DNA of 62,821 nucleotides, filler included, from Choristocarpus tenellus KU-1152 (lineage: Eukaryota > Protista > Phaeophyceae), in the NCBI GenBank assembly GCA_964200185.2. It is 12 parts of 12 records of this genome, joined end to end, with 100 filler letters (N's around TTAATTAATTAA, not from the genome) between each part and the next. Parts side by side here need not be neighbours in the genome. Positions count along the whole stretch, not along the records: positions 48,476 to 53,045 come from CAXNAD020013974.1; positions 53,146 to 58,417 come from CAXNAD020011293.1; positions 58,518 to 62,821 come from CAXNAD020015200.1; 9 more parts are not named here. One strand, 5' to 3'. The position numbers were made by a program, and so were the translations under genes. The notes below the pieces were generated by a model. That model was not told the origin of the DNA. It saw only the letters and a list, made by a program, of their open reading frames with translations, and did no database searches. Of this stretch, positions 51,840 to 62,821 are shown one piece after another; within the stretch, counting starts at the first letter, position 1; each line of letters starts with the position of its first letter.

Positions 51840-52199
51840 GATGGATACATCTACTCCATCTCCACCTGGTTGTCCAAGTACGTTTGGGATCCTTTCCCCT
51901 TAGGTACACTGCTAAACATGCTGACACAAGTGTGCAAGTATGTTCTTATCTGCAAACACAACACTAACACGCGCTTACTATTGTTATTGAAGATATCACG
52001 ACCATATGCCCTAGGTCTACCCCTCTCCTCTCCTTCTAGTGTGAGCGTTCGTGTCCATCAGGATAAAATGCTTGTTTTGGTGGAGATCTACCGTATCATA
52101 GTGTGCAGCTTGGTCCATAAAGCGTCCATGATTATCTCTGAGACTTCTTCTGTTGAGATATATCCTAGTTGAACTGCCTGTCAGACTTTCATCAACTGC

Positions 52200-52470
52200 T
52201 CTCCGAAGTACTCTACTTCATAGGCATCGGGTTGTAGGTTTGACTCTTTTGCTGCCAGTCCCCATTCCCTATTTTTCTCTGTTCTCCTCACCACTGACAA
52301 AAAATTGGTTGTGAGAGCTCAAGGCCAGATATTCCACCTTGTCTTGTCTCTTGGAACCCAATTGCATCGCATCCACAAGCCCAAGCCTTTTGTTTGTACC
52401 ACTGCATGCCCACTATGTTCTTGACATTCATTGCCATGCTTCGTACATTCCAAGTGACCACTGTCGACTC
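52200..52470 (-). mobile_element. APE-type LINE endonuclease remnant
   Basis: VTWNVRSM...CDAIGFQETRQGG matches the APE N-terminal TWNVR and DxxGxQETR motifs. Confidence 0.65.
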
Positions 52471-52972
52471 TCTGTTCCGGAATTTCTGAAGCCTGAAGTC
52501 ATGCGGTCATGTACGAGAGATGATACGGTCCCTCCTGTCTCAAGCTCTCTACTTCCTTCCCTACTTCCTCTGGAGTACTTCCATTCATGCCAGCCCACGA
52601 CTCGTTGGCAATGTTGAGGTTGTACGTGTTGTTGAATAGAGGGATAACAACCCTTTGGAAAAACCTAATCAAGTCAAACAGCGGCTAAATTCCTTGGCAA
52701 CTCAGGGGTTTACTAAAATTTCAACACGATATATAAACACCTATAAAACTTGAGCCATATCATAATTTCTCCAATCTAAAAACAAAATAATCGCGTATGC
52801 ACAAAGAAAAAAAAAGGGAAAGGAGGGACACAAGAACAGTCAACCCAGTCAGTGGTGGTGGTGATGAGTGTGCATGTGCCCTGATCTAAGGCTGCCGTAG
52901 ATGCTGCTTTAGTATGACGTGCACCTGCTATCACAGCTTCCTTGGGATGCCACTCTGACATGAACCTCGTTG

Positions 52973-53045
52973 TGTTACAGGCGCCCCTCAATGCTCACCT
53001 TCCAGGATGTACAACTCAAATTCAACGACCTCAAAACGACGCTAC
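52973..53045 (-). mobile_element. 3' end of the solo-LTR-like family
   Basis: Reverse complement of gcgtcgttt...gagttgtacatcct...tgtaaca. Confidence 0.7.
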
Positions 53046-53239
53046 NNNNNNNNNNNNNNNNNNNNNNNNNNNNNNNNNNNNNNNNNNNNTTAATTAATTA
53101 ANNNNNNNNNNNNNNNNNNNNNNNNNNNNNNNNNNNNNNNNNNNNAAGACCCGGCTCTAGCCTTTGGATTCAGTTTTTAAAAATCTTTTCCCCCCCCCCC
53201 CCCCCCCCATCCATATCTCAGAGACAACCATGTTTTGCA

Positions 53240-53475
53240 CTCACCTAACAGAATAATTTTTCTTTTGTAGGTTTTTCATGATTGGTGACACAAAAGGGTA
53301 AATGCTTTATTATTGTCATCAAACACACCTATCAGAATAATAAAGGTATTACCAGTTTCATGACTGGTGACAAAAAAGGGTACACACATTATTATTAACC
53401 ACACCTAGCAGAATAAATAAAGGTATTATCAGTTTCATGACTGGTGACAAAAAAGGTGTATGTATTATTATTGTT
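53240..53475. repeat. Degenerate ~75-85-bp tandem repeat (x3)
   Basis: Repeated caccta.cagaataa...ttcatga.tggtgaca.aaaagg. Confidence 0.7.
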
Positions 53476-53502
53476 TTCAACCAATATATAGTTTGTTCTC
53501 AC

Positions 53503-56500
53503 CTGTCCATAAGACGTTGGCGTTTCTGTACCCCCGTACTACCATCCAGGCGTACATAGGTGTGGCCATGCAAGGTTAAGAACTCCTCCAGAATATCCAG
53601 CATCCGAGACATCTGGAATTTTATTTATTAATAGAAAATATATATTGTACATATTTTTTATTTTAATATTTTTGTTTCATCTACAATGTAGATTCAAATA
53701 CTGTACTTGCGCTAATACATCAGTAACTACTATTTATATCACCAAATGTGACACACACACGTCCATTTCTATCATCCATAGTGCAGAAGAATAACAAAAA
53801 AGGGATCACAGCACCAGAAAGGACGTAAGGGTATAGACATAATAGAGGTAACAGATATAATAGACATAATATATATAATGGGTAAAAAATACATACATGA
53901 TATATAATAGATATAATAGACATAATAGATACAACAGATAAAACATGCATAATATACCCTAACCCTATCTCTTGTGGTTTCACAAGGTAAGGGTTTGCTG
54001 ATTTACACCGACTGGATGTGAGGGACCTGGTATTACAACTAAATAAAAATAAATAAATAATATCAATGACGGTATGAGACTAACCCTAACCCTAACCCTA
54101 TATCGCTGGAACTTTCTTCCAATCTAATTCTGTGCTGATAACAAACATAGACCCAAGCACCATCCATCCATTTGGAACTCTAAATCATAGTAAATTACTA
54201 TTACTACCATTAGCTCAGTTTCCACAAAGTATCACAGAATATCACATCACATTTTTATGGCATGACTAACTACCAGTGGGTGTACCTATGACCCATTGTG
54301 CCTTCAAAGTGAGGTTTTGTAGTCAACAATACAGCAAAAAAAAAACAGAATAAGAATAAGAATAAGGAGAACAAGGAGAAATATATTTCTTCTCTTTTTG
54401 TTCTTTAATTAAAAAAAAAGATTATTTCATGTGTGTTTGTGTCTTGTAGGGGTATCACAATTCAGACAAAGCTCAACCCAAAGGCAAGCAGATAGTTCCT
54501 CTTGCATTCAAAATCACGCATTAGACATTACATACCCATACACTAACAACTGAAAGTCAGTGATAGTGTTGTGGTCTCTTTGTGTGTTAGTACTGTCATA
54601 CCTCATACTGTCATACCCCATACTATCATACTTTCATACTGCCATACCTCATGCTGTTATACCTCATACTGTCAGAACTTCATGTTAATGTTAATGTTAA
54701 TGTTATGTCATACCTGTGTGAAGATGAGACACTTATGTCCGCCCTGCTTACGGTCCCTTAGTAGCCTTGCCAGTGTCTGAAGCTTTCCTGAGTCAAATTG
54801 TACCAATCGTCTGTCAGGAAAAAAAATTCTCTGACGTACCTGCACAAAAATAAATAAATAAATAACAGTCACGGTGTGGTAAGGGAGGGAGGGAGGGAGG
54901 GAGGGAGGGATAGGGTTGTCAGAAACAAGGGGAAGGATGTGTCCAAACACAAACACAGGAAGTATAACTAGGATGTATCCAAAAAGATATACTCATGCAG
55001 TGAGTATTGAGAGATGAGAAGGAGAAAGAGGAGGAGGTTGGAAGGTGTGCTACCCACAAGAATAGTTGCACCCTCCCACATCAAATAACTAGTAATAATA
55101 ATAATAAACCAATACAGCACAGGCACAGCACCATTGATATCAATATGTTAGTGGCAGATCTATTGTCATCTTATCACCCCTCCTCAGAGACTAACTCTGG
55201 GCAGAAGTCTACAGTACACTAATACACTATTTCAAACAGTAGGCGACTCTCTCATCCTAACCTATTCCCATCCCCAAGTACTGTATTTATTGCATTATAA
55301 AAATACAGTTATTATCATTATTACAATTCCAATAACAATTCCAAGTAGTGCAACAGATCATTTTTTATTGTTCATTAAAAAAAAGTTGATTACATTGATG
55401 TCAATCCAAGAAGAGTAAAGTGAATCCCTTAACTTTCTGAGGGTATATTTACATATATATTTATTATTATTTACAGGCAACACCTCACCACCAAAATACA
55501 ACAGTAGGGTATGGTATGCAACAGCCACGACACTACTACTACTACTACTACTAATAATAATAAAATACACCCATGCCATCGTAACCCAAAATAAAACAAA
55601 AATAAATGAGCAGAAAGACTGTAATACAGTGGCATTGCCACAACTCTGGTACACTATTGTACAGCATCCACCTTGCATGGCATTGTTCTCTACCCTTGCC
55701 CTCAACTCCAAAAATGACATCAATCACCTTACTACATTGATAGAAGGGCACCATGGACAACTCCAACCCCTGTTTATAATTATATCACCATTTCAGTACA
55801 ACATTTTCATTGTTATAATTTCAAAAATAACAATAACATACAGAGGCAAGAATTGTAATAACATACAGATGACATAGAGTTAGACAATGACAAAAAAGGA
55901 ACACACACACAACAGCAGTACACTACTACTAAAAACAAATACTAATAAAAAATATAGATTAACTAGTAGCCATACCTCAGCGTGGTAAGTGAGTGACAGT
56001 CCACCTCTCCTGTAAACCTCATTAATCAGATCCTCCCTCCTATCCCTCCCCTCCCTCTCCTCAAACATGTTTACACGTCCCAAAATGATGGGAGGCCACG
56101 CCAACACACCCGGTACCAGAAAGCAATACGCCTTTACCAAGGGTTCCAACTCCTTGCTTCGCCTGGCGTACCCTTTTACTGCATCCAGCAATGTGGGGGA
56201 AGTCCACTTTCTCAGGGAGGTGTTCCCATGTGAGGCCAGGAGGGCACTCTATGAACCACACACCCATGACCAAAGGACAATGGAGTTAGAGTTAGAATAC
56301 AGGATTGTTTGAAGTACTCCTCCAAGTACTTGCTATTAGCTGGTAGATATTTCGCAGAAATTTCTAGAGAGGAGAAGAGATGAAGGAGAAGAGACTCCTC
56401 CACAGTAAATGAATGGTCTAGGTTGAATGACATACCAAAAATACACACATAAGTAACACAGTTCATTTTATTTGAAAAACTGTAGGTATTATTAGAGGCT

Positions 56501-58417
56501 CATTGTACTTGAAACACAGACAAGCAGAGAAGAACAAAGGATAATAATAAAAACAATCACCAACATAAGAATGGAGTACAAGTTTTACATCAAAATTTAA
56601 AAAAGAAAAAAGAAACACTCTACTGTATTAATAGTTGTAGCATTCCATGGGTACCCTGTACATAAAATGACTCATAATAATAAAGATGATGATGATGCAG
56701 TGAACGAGACTTTCCTCTGACTACTGTTCCTGTATGTGTCAAGAGTTATCTTGCATTCAATCCTGTGACTACTGTTCCATTTCTCTCACCAATTGAAACT
56801 TCTACGCAATTTCGTTTCTTTCTAATCACAACAACTGGTGTACTAACTGATGTACCAACTGATGCACTAACTAATGTACTAACATATCAAAATAGACTGA
56901 GGGTTAGTAAGGGACAGAAAGCTAGTTTCAAGTACACCAATAAAATGTATCCAATCTTGAGATGGAGAACTTAAAAAAAGCTCACTTTTGCCAAGTTCAA
57001 TCAACAAGATATTAATCAACAAGATATTAATCAACAAGATATTAATCAACAAGATATTAATCAACAAGATATGCACCGCATAAACCAGGCAACCTATTAT
57101 CGCCCTAACGCTCAACCGCTTGATCACTTTAATAATAATCATAATAATAACAATAATAGTAATAATAATATTACAAAACCTCAGCATAAGACTTGTGTTG
57201 AAAAAAATAAACACATTGAAACACCTGTGGACGGCCAACTAACTGCCTCTACTGTACAAATTGATTATCCCTAACCCTAGTAAGATCAGTGAAGAGAAAA
57301 AAATATATAGATATACCAGGCAGGACTTGGAGGCAATCAGGGGATGGCTACGATTACACAGCAACGAGATTCCTCCAATAGACAATTGATACACAATTGA
57401 TATGCAATTGATATTCAATCATATACAATTGATATACAACCGATACACAATTGATATTCAATCATATACAATTGATATACAACCGATACACAATTGATAT
57501 TCAATCATATACAACCGATACACAATTGATATGCAATTGATATTCAATCATATACAATTGATATACAACCGATATGCAATTGATATATAATCAATATGCA
57601 ATTGATACAGAATCAATATACAATCGATATACAATTGATACACAATTGCATGAGCTTTTGAGCCTCCTGAACAAATTTTATCCCATGGTATGATACACAA
57701 GTACCAGGGTTGATCACTCAATTTGATAAGCAGGCATAAAATAGTTAACTGTTGCTATAAATACTAATATTACTTCTAGCATTAACCACAATATTAACCA
57801 ACCGGTGAACAAGTGGTAAGAAACGCCTTTCAAAATACTACCAAAATATGACTCCAACAGAAGGAGGGCATGACTGTAACGCACACCACATGAGGGTTGC
57901 TACATCCTTTGTGGTACCAACTGTTCAGACTGGGATGACTGTATTCTAGACAACATATTGTATGAACACATTCTATGGCCATATTCTTTACCAAAAACAT
58001 GCAATCATACCATGTCCTCAAACAACTCAAGGATGGTATGCATCTGTGTTGCAAGATGTAGCAATCAATCCTACAGCAGAATGAGGGCTACCGATCATAG
58101 CTTCCTACTTTCAGTTTCACATTGACCCCCCACTTCTAGATACATACAATAACCAACACAATACATACAATAAATAACAAAGTAGTGTGTTAACAAAGAA
58201 CTACTAACGGACTATTTACATACTATTAATAACTTACTGTGTCATTGCTACTCCACAAACACACCAATCCTCTCACACACTGACTGATGCCAGCCAATCA
58301 AAACTGTACTACAGGAGTTCCACACACCTGGATAGGCATGGATCCCTGAGGTAGTGTTGCCGCCCTCACAGTTCGCCAGTTGAGAGGACAGGCCCTGGAC
58401 TTTGGTACACCATCCTT
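53503..58417 (-). CDS. SWR1: SWR1/PIE1/SRCAP-family SNF2 ATPase (H2A.Z exchange), partial gene: end of the ATPase insertion and start of the helicase-C lobe
   Basis: Phase-compatible GT-AG exons <58417-58328 (less certain), 56248-55976, 54839-54714 (VRQRIFFPDRRLVQFDSGKLQTLARLLRDRKQGGHKCLIFTQ) and 53612-53503 (MSRMLDILEEFLTLHGHTYVRLDGSTGVQKRQRLMDR). Both ends lie off-contig. Confidence 0.92.
54079..54100. repeat. Interstitial telomere-type repeat (CCCTAA)n in a SWR1 intron
   Basis: ctaaccctaaccctaacccta. Confidence 0.75.
54591..54673. repeat. 15-bp minisatellite (TACTGTCATACCTCA-like, ~5 copies)
   Basis: Direct reading; intronic. Confidence 0.8.
56999..57072. repeat. 15-bp perfect tandem repeat AATCAACAAGATATT (~5 copies)
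   Basis: Direct reading; intronic. Confidence 0.9.
57383..57648. repeat. 11-bp-based minisatellite (CAATTGATATA-like) with higher-order structure
   Basis: Variants caattgataca / caattgatatt / caatcatata / caaccgataca recur in a ~43-bp cycle. Confidence 0.85.
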
Positions 58418-58873
58418 NNNNNNNNNNNNNNNNNNNNNNNNNNNNNNNNNNNNNNNNNNNNTTAATTAATTAANNNNNNNNNNNNNNNNNNNNNNNNNNN
58501 NNNNNNNNNNNNNNNNNGTTTTCGCAAAACAACCATCCTCATAGTCCCGTTCCATCCTCAATTTTGCGAATCCACTGTTAAGTGTGGCATCATCAGGTGC
58601 CAGCAAAGGCAAGTATGTCCAAACGATGCCTTTTTGGGGCATTCTTGTAGTAGTGTCGACCCAAAGCCTTGATCTTCTCCCAGAAAGTACCCTGTGGGTT
58701 GTCTTTCTTCATGATAAATTAGTCATTTGAAGTATACATAAAAGTGTCTTCTAGAACAGGAAGGACACTTTTGTCCCAATAAACCACTTCAACAATATTC
58801 GTATGTTGTCCTTTATGAACTTTTGAAACACTTCTGTTTGATGAAGTAGGTAAGCCCCAGAAAGTAACCAGTC

Positions 58874-59250
58874 ATGACTGCCGCCAAGCAATGGGCATCC
58901 TTGCTAGTTGCCCTAGCTTTGTCGTATTTACCACTGGTGCCCGCATTACAAAATGGAATAATCCTTGGAACCCCAACAGTCCTTCACTATAATGGTCAAC
59001 AATGTAAACAGTGGGTAAAAGGGGTCACCTCTGTTACCCGATCGCAAAGAAGCAGAGTGGTTAGCAGAAACATTGCCGTAACCAATGGTTGTCAAGCAAG
59101 CATGAGCTTACTACGAACTTTCCAACCCAAGGAACTACTGCTGCAACGCTTTATTGGAGAACTGGGCTTCATGGAAATAACTGATTGGTGGGTGCATCGA
59201 TACTTTTGTCTCCCTACCTTTGTTCCTTCTACGCTTGAGCATTCGCCCTA

Positions 59251-59291
<41 letters not shown>

Positions 59292-59826
59292 GCACACAAT
59301 ATTCTCGCCCTAACCTTCAGGGAGTACTATGGTCGAGAAACAACCCCCCTCGATCCCAGTACACCGTCCCGCACAATTAACAACTCTGGTACCACAGTCC
59401 GCCTTTTTGAGGCTCGCACACCCTCTGATGAGAGGGTCGTATTGAAGGAGTTTTTCCCAGACGCGACCAGCCTTGCCCAGAATGAGATGGAGGTGAGGTC
59501 GACATAGGTGTCACAATTGCATGCATTGGTTTTGAGTACATTGACAGCGAGGGAGTATATACGTCGGCTCGCACGAGTGGTTGCAGTCTGTGACACCTGC
59601 TTTATTCAATAAGCCTACCCCCTCCTCCAATTGTGAAGAACTTGCTGAGTTCAAACCAACACCCCTAACTTGACCACCCGCATAGATTTTCGAGTTTCTT
59701 CTTGAAGCCTGGGAGGTCAGTATTGGAACAGCCAGGGAGCTTCCCATAATGACCCTAATGGGAAGCCTTGTCACAGATGAAACCTTCAAGACCAAATCCT
59801 TCGTTGAAAGATGGGTTTCAAAGTGA

Positions 59827-59859
<33 letters not shown>

Positions 59860-61831
59860 TCTATGTGTGTGTCTCCATGAGTCCTACTTTGATCAGCCCA
59901 AAGCCTTTGTGCATAGGGCACCTCTCACAGCTGGCGGGAAGCAACTCCATGACAACCTCTCGTGCCAAACCTAGTGGATAATCAAATTAGATCTTGAGCA
60001 AATATTCTTTCATGACCTCAATATGCACACTTAAATGTATTTTGCAACAGCCGCACCCATTCATCCTCCGTCTTATATGGCACTTGTGCTAAAGGCAGTC
60101 ACTCTTGAATAGTATGTCAACAGAAATTTTGTGTCAGCCTGTGAGAACAGGATTGATGCCAAACTCCATCTCTTGCCCCCCTACTCAACCCCATTGGTCC
60201 ATTTCAAGGTTCCCCACTCTGCCCTTGCCTGGAGTAGGAAACACATGGTTAGTTTACCGCTGGGAGGGCCAATTCACATTTGCCAGCTATCCCTTTGCGA
60301 AGCAGGAAGCAGAGGTGGGTAGGTGTGATGTAAGTAGAAATGCTAGGCATCAGGCGGATGAATTGCCCCTCAAACTCAACGAAACTTTTGTTGCTACCAA
60401 AGTTTGGTCATCTTTTGCTGTGATTTCCTCCCCAAACATGCAATGCTTACTGACTCTCTTAGATATCCCTTTGAGGGGCGCCTCTGATCTTGAGGTGGTG
60501 TACTTGCTGCATTGTCAAGATGAACGTGGATGGAAATTTTAATCCTTCCTCTTCCTACCATTGCCTCTTTGGCCCTTCCTCCAAATAAATCCTTTTTTCC
60601 CTTTCGGTCACCGTTGCCCAAGTTTCTTGATGGCTGGCGCCCAGATGCCAAAGAAAACAGACGTGCAGAGTTTGTTCGAGAAATGATGCGTCAAGCTGTT
60701 GTTGCTGTCTTATTCATACATGAGGCAGGTGTGGCCCACAGGTCGTTGGGGGCACCTAGCTTCAGGATGAACACAATGGGTGAGAAGGAGTGGGCGAGGG
60801 ATTCTGCACCCGTGATATAGTGGGTTTTCTGTTGTAATTCTTGATCCTGTTACATGGGATTCCATGGCATGGTTGACCATTTATGCTCATGCCCCATCTT
60901 TGTGTAAATATTGACTACTTGAAGTGTTGAAATGTAAAATTTACCGGCTTTTGGTTCATTTCTCTGCCTTGAGCTTGCGACCTCTCCCCCTATCTATGTC
61001 TCCACTGTTGTTGCTGTACTGTGCTTTGTGACGCTCGTTTCCACAATGGAACCACGGTAGATGAGCGGAATCCCGGTCAGCTCGAGGTGTTCCTGTCGGA
61101 CTTCGGCTTTGCTTGCCCTGTCGCAGAGATCGACGACGAAACGTTCCGGAGGCACGTGCTGATTTGTTGGGTTGGGCGTGTTAGGTGCAAGGCTCGGTTT
61201 GACCTTTGGAAAAAAAACCTGGAGAGATCCCACCTTTCTAATGTTGTTGAAGCAGGGCCTGGTGCTTGAGAGGTTCTACAGGAAACACAATCTGGTGTGC
61301 TTCTTTTTTTTTGCATACCAGAGGTTGAAGGGCCTTTGCTGAAGATGCGCTTGACCTTAACACGACTACCAATACCTAAATTGTCCTGGTTCCCATTCAC
61401 CCACCCCAATATCCTTCTCCCTTTGTCCAAAACGTTCCATGTCCCCCAGGGCTGAAAAGTTCGGTTGCACGAAAGCGGAAGAGGTATCGGACTTTCTTCT
61501 TAGGGAGGATCTGTACTCACTTGGCTATGTGTTCCTTGAGCTGGTGTTCAAATCCTTTTGTGCCATCAGGAGCAGGGCACCTGACCAGAGTGTACTGAAA
61601 CGAAATATTGAAGACATCTCCAAAGGGGACTTCAAGGACTTTAAGGACTACTGCCTTGGCGAGGATTCATGGGTGCCTGCTGTAAATATACTAGATCGCA
61701 ATCGAAATGCTGGATGGGAACTTGCTGCAGCCCTTTTGAATGCAAGGGGAGGGAAAAAGTCTGGCAGAATGGGAATAGTTGCTAGCACCAGTGCTATTCT
61801 TTCATTCCCATATTTCAACACTGAAGACTAG
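58874..61831 (+). CDS. Plastid-targeted protein-kinase-like protein (ORG1/FBN11/PAP14 kinase-domain-like; probable pseudokinase)
   Basis: Exons 58874-59187, 59321-59492, 59686-59822, 60209-60314, 60623-60779, 61061-61151 and 61450-61831 join in frame. Motifs VVLKEF, AQNEME, WLVYRWEG, FIHEAGVAHRSLGAPS..NTMDER, LSDFGFA, EDLYSLG, YC...LD....GWEL. N-terminal signal peptide followed by a Ser/Thr/Arg-rich stretch. Confidence 0.85.
59253..59289. repeat. (CT)n microsatellite in kinase intron 1
   Basis: Direct reading. Confidence 0.95.
59827..59860. repeat. (GTGCCT)n microsatellite next to the intron 3 donor
   Basis: Direct reading. Confidence 0.9.
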
Positions 61832-62821
61832 ATAAGTAGGGGAAGGCAACTATTAGTCACCCCTCCCTCCCTCTATCCCTCTCTGCTCTTTGTAGATGTA
61901 CTTCTGTATTATCTTGTCCTCCCTCTGCACTACAAGGTATTTTCACCCCATTCTTGGTCTGTGTGGAGAGGTTCGATTACAGGAGCTTGATAAAACAGTA
62001 GACGATTTTTAGGTTTGGTATGGGGGCCTAATGACAGTAGATAATTCTTCAGATTGATGTGATAGATTTGTATGGATCATAGATCTCCACTCTATATTTC
62101 AGGAGTAAGTGATTTTAGGAGTAGAAACAAGGTCAGTTGGGTTAGAGGCTGGTGAGAACTACTGCACTAAGCAAAATGAGGTCCTTGCATATGTACACAC
62201 AGTCACATTATGAGCAGGAGCATGATCAAAGAGACAACAGAGTTGCTTAAGTAGGAACCTCATCATATTGCAAGTGGATAGTGTACAACCTTCAAGTTCC
62301 AACCTCTGCTTGTTCAAGGTTGTGCGCATGACCTTGTAGCACTAGAGAGGCCATTACAGTTGCCACATTTAAACATTCAACAGATTCGGTATATTGTATG
62401 CATTACATCCAGTACAGTTATGTCGTCTTGTTACCAAATAGAACTCTTTAATATATTTTTTCCAAACATCAAACAGCACAGGACTAGTATCTTCCATCAC
62501 AATGAGTATCCCACCTCCAAAAATCCTTTAAGATATGATGTTTGAAATGGCTCAAAATGTCATTTTGGAGATTTTGGAGAGCATTTTCTTACCGTTGACT
62601 TCACTGACAGTCCCTCTAATAATCATTCAAAAAGCCATCACAGCAGTGTGCTCAATGGGAGGTTTGGGTGAGAGAAGTTAAAATCAGTTGCTGATGGGCA
62701 GGTGCTCTTAAGACTTGAGCAAGCATACCTTGTGAGGGAGGTCATGTGCCTTTTTAGCCATGTTTTCAATTGACTTGGGGGTAACAGGTGACCTCATTTG
62801 GCCTGACATACTCTTTGAAGG

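Noticed and set aside
56879-57238. ORF with NILLI repeats
   Set aside because: Translation of an intronic 15-bp tandem repeat and AAT runs.
57316-57346. Possible extra small SWR1 exon (HPLIASKSCL)
   Set aside because: Its phase is incompatible with the flanking phase-0 exons, which join without it.
10471-58517. Recurring TTAATTAATTAA as a biological repeat or CRISPR-like array
   Set aside because: Always centred in exactly 44+44 Ns; it is a synthetic six-frame stop linker.
58328-58874. SWR1 and the kinase as a divergent gene pair with a shared promoter
   Set aside because: They are separated by an artificial linker, and SWR1 is mid-gene at that point.

Overview
Repeat-dense eukaryotic nuclear DNA. 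The intron-rich genes, a bipartite plastid-targeting presequence and TTAGGG-type repeats suggest a photosynthetic stramenopile such as a brown alga or relative (inference). The window is not contiguous: about 12 short contigs are joined by an artificial 100-bp linker (N44-TTAATTAATTAA-N44), so adjacency across linkers means nothing. Host genes: a complete 7-exon, probably plastid-targeted ORG1/FBN11-like pseudokinase (58874-61831, +), four exons of a SWR1/PIE1/SRCAP chromatin-remodelling ATPase (53503-58417, -) and a tRNA-Val(CAC) (49127-49200, +). The rest is mostly transposon debris: a near full-length decayed tyrosine-recombinase retrotransposon (CCCH-Gag, RT, RNase H, YR; ~39483-44913) plus a ~600-bp non-autonomous derivative of it (9767-10363) carrying an internal antisense copy of its own end-to-start junction; an intron-containing Sola-like DDD transposase; three MITE families sharing a G-N4-AAAGTATCT terminus and mostly 4-bp TSDs; a plant-type mariner; CRE-like RLE LINEs; Ty3/Gypsy remnants; and TGTTACA...TGTAACA solo-LTR-like repeats. 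The best novelty candidates are the mini YR element with its ICR-like junction, the Sola-like transposase/MITE system, and CpG decay implying TE methylation.
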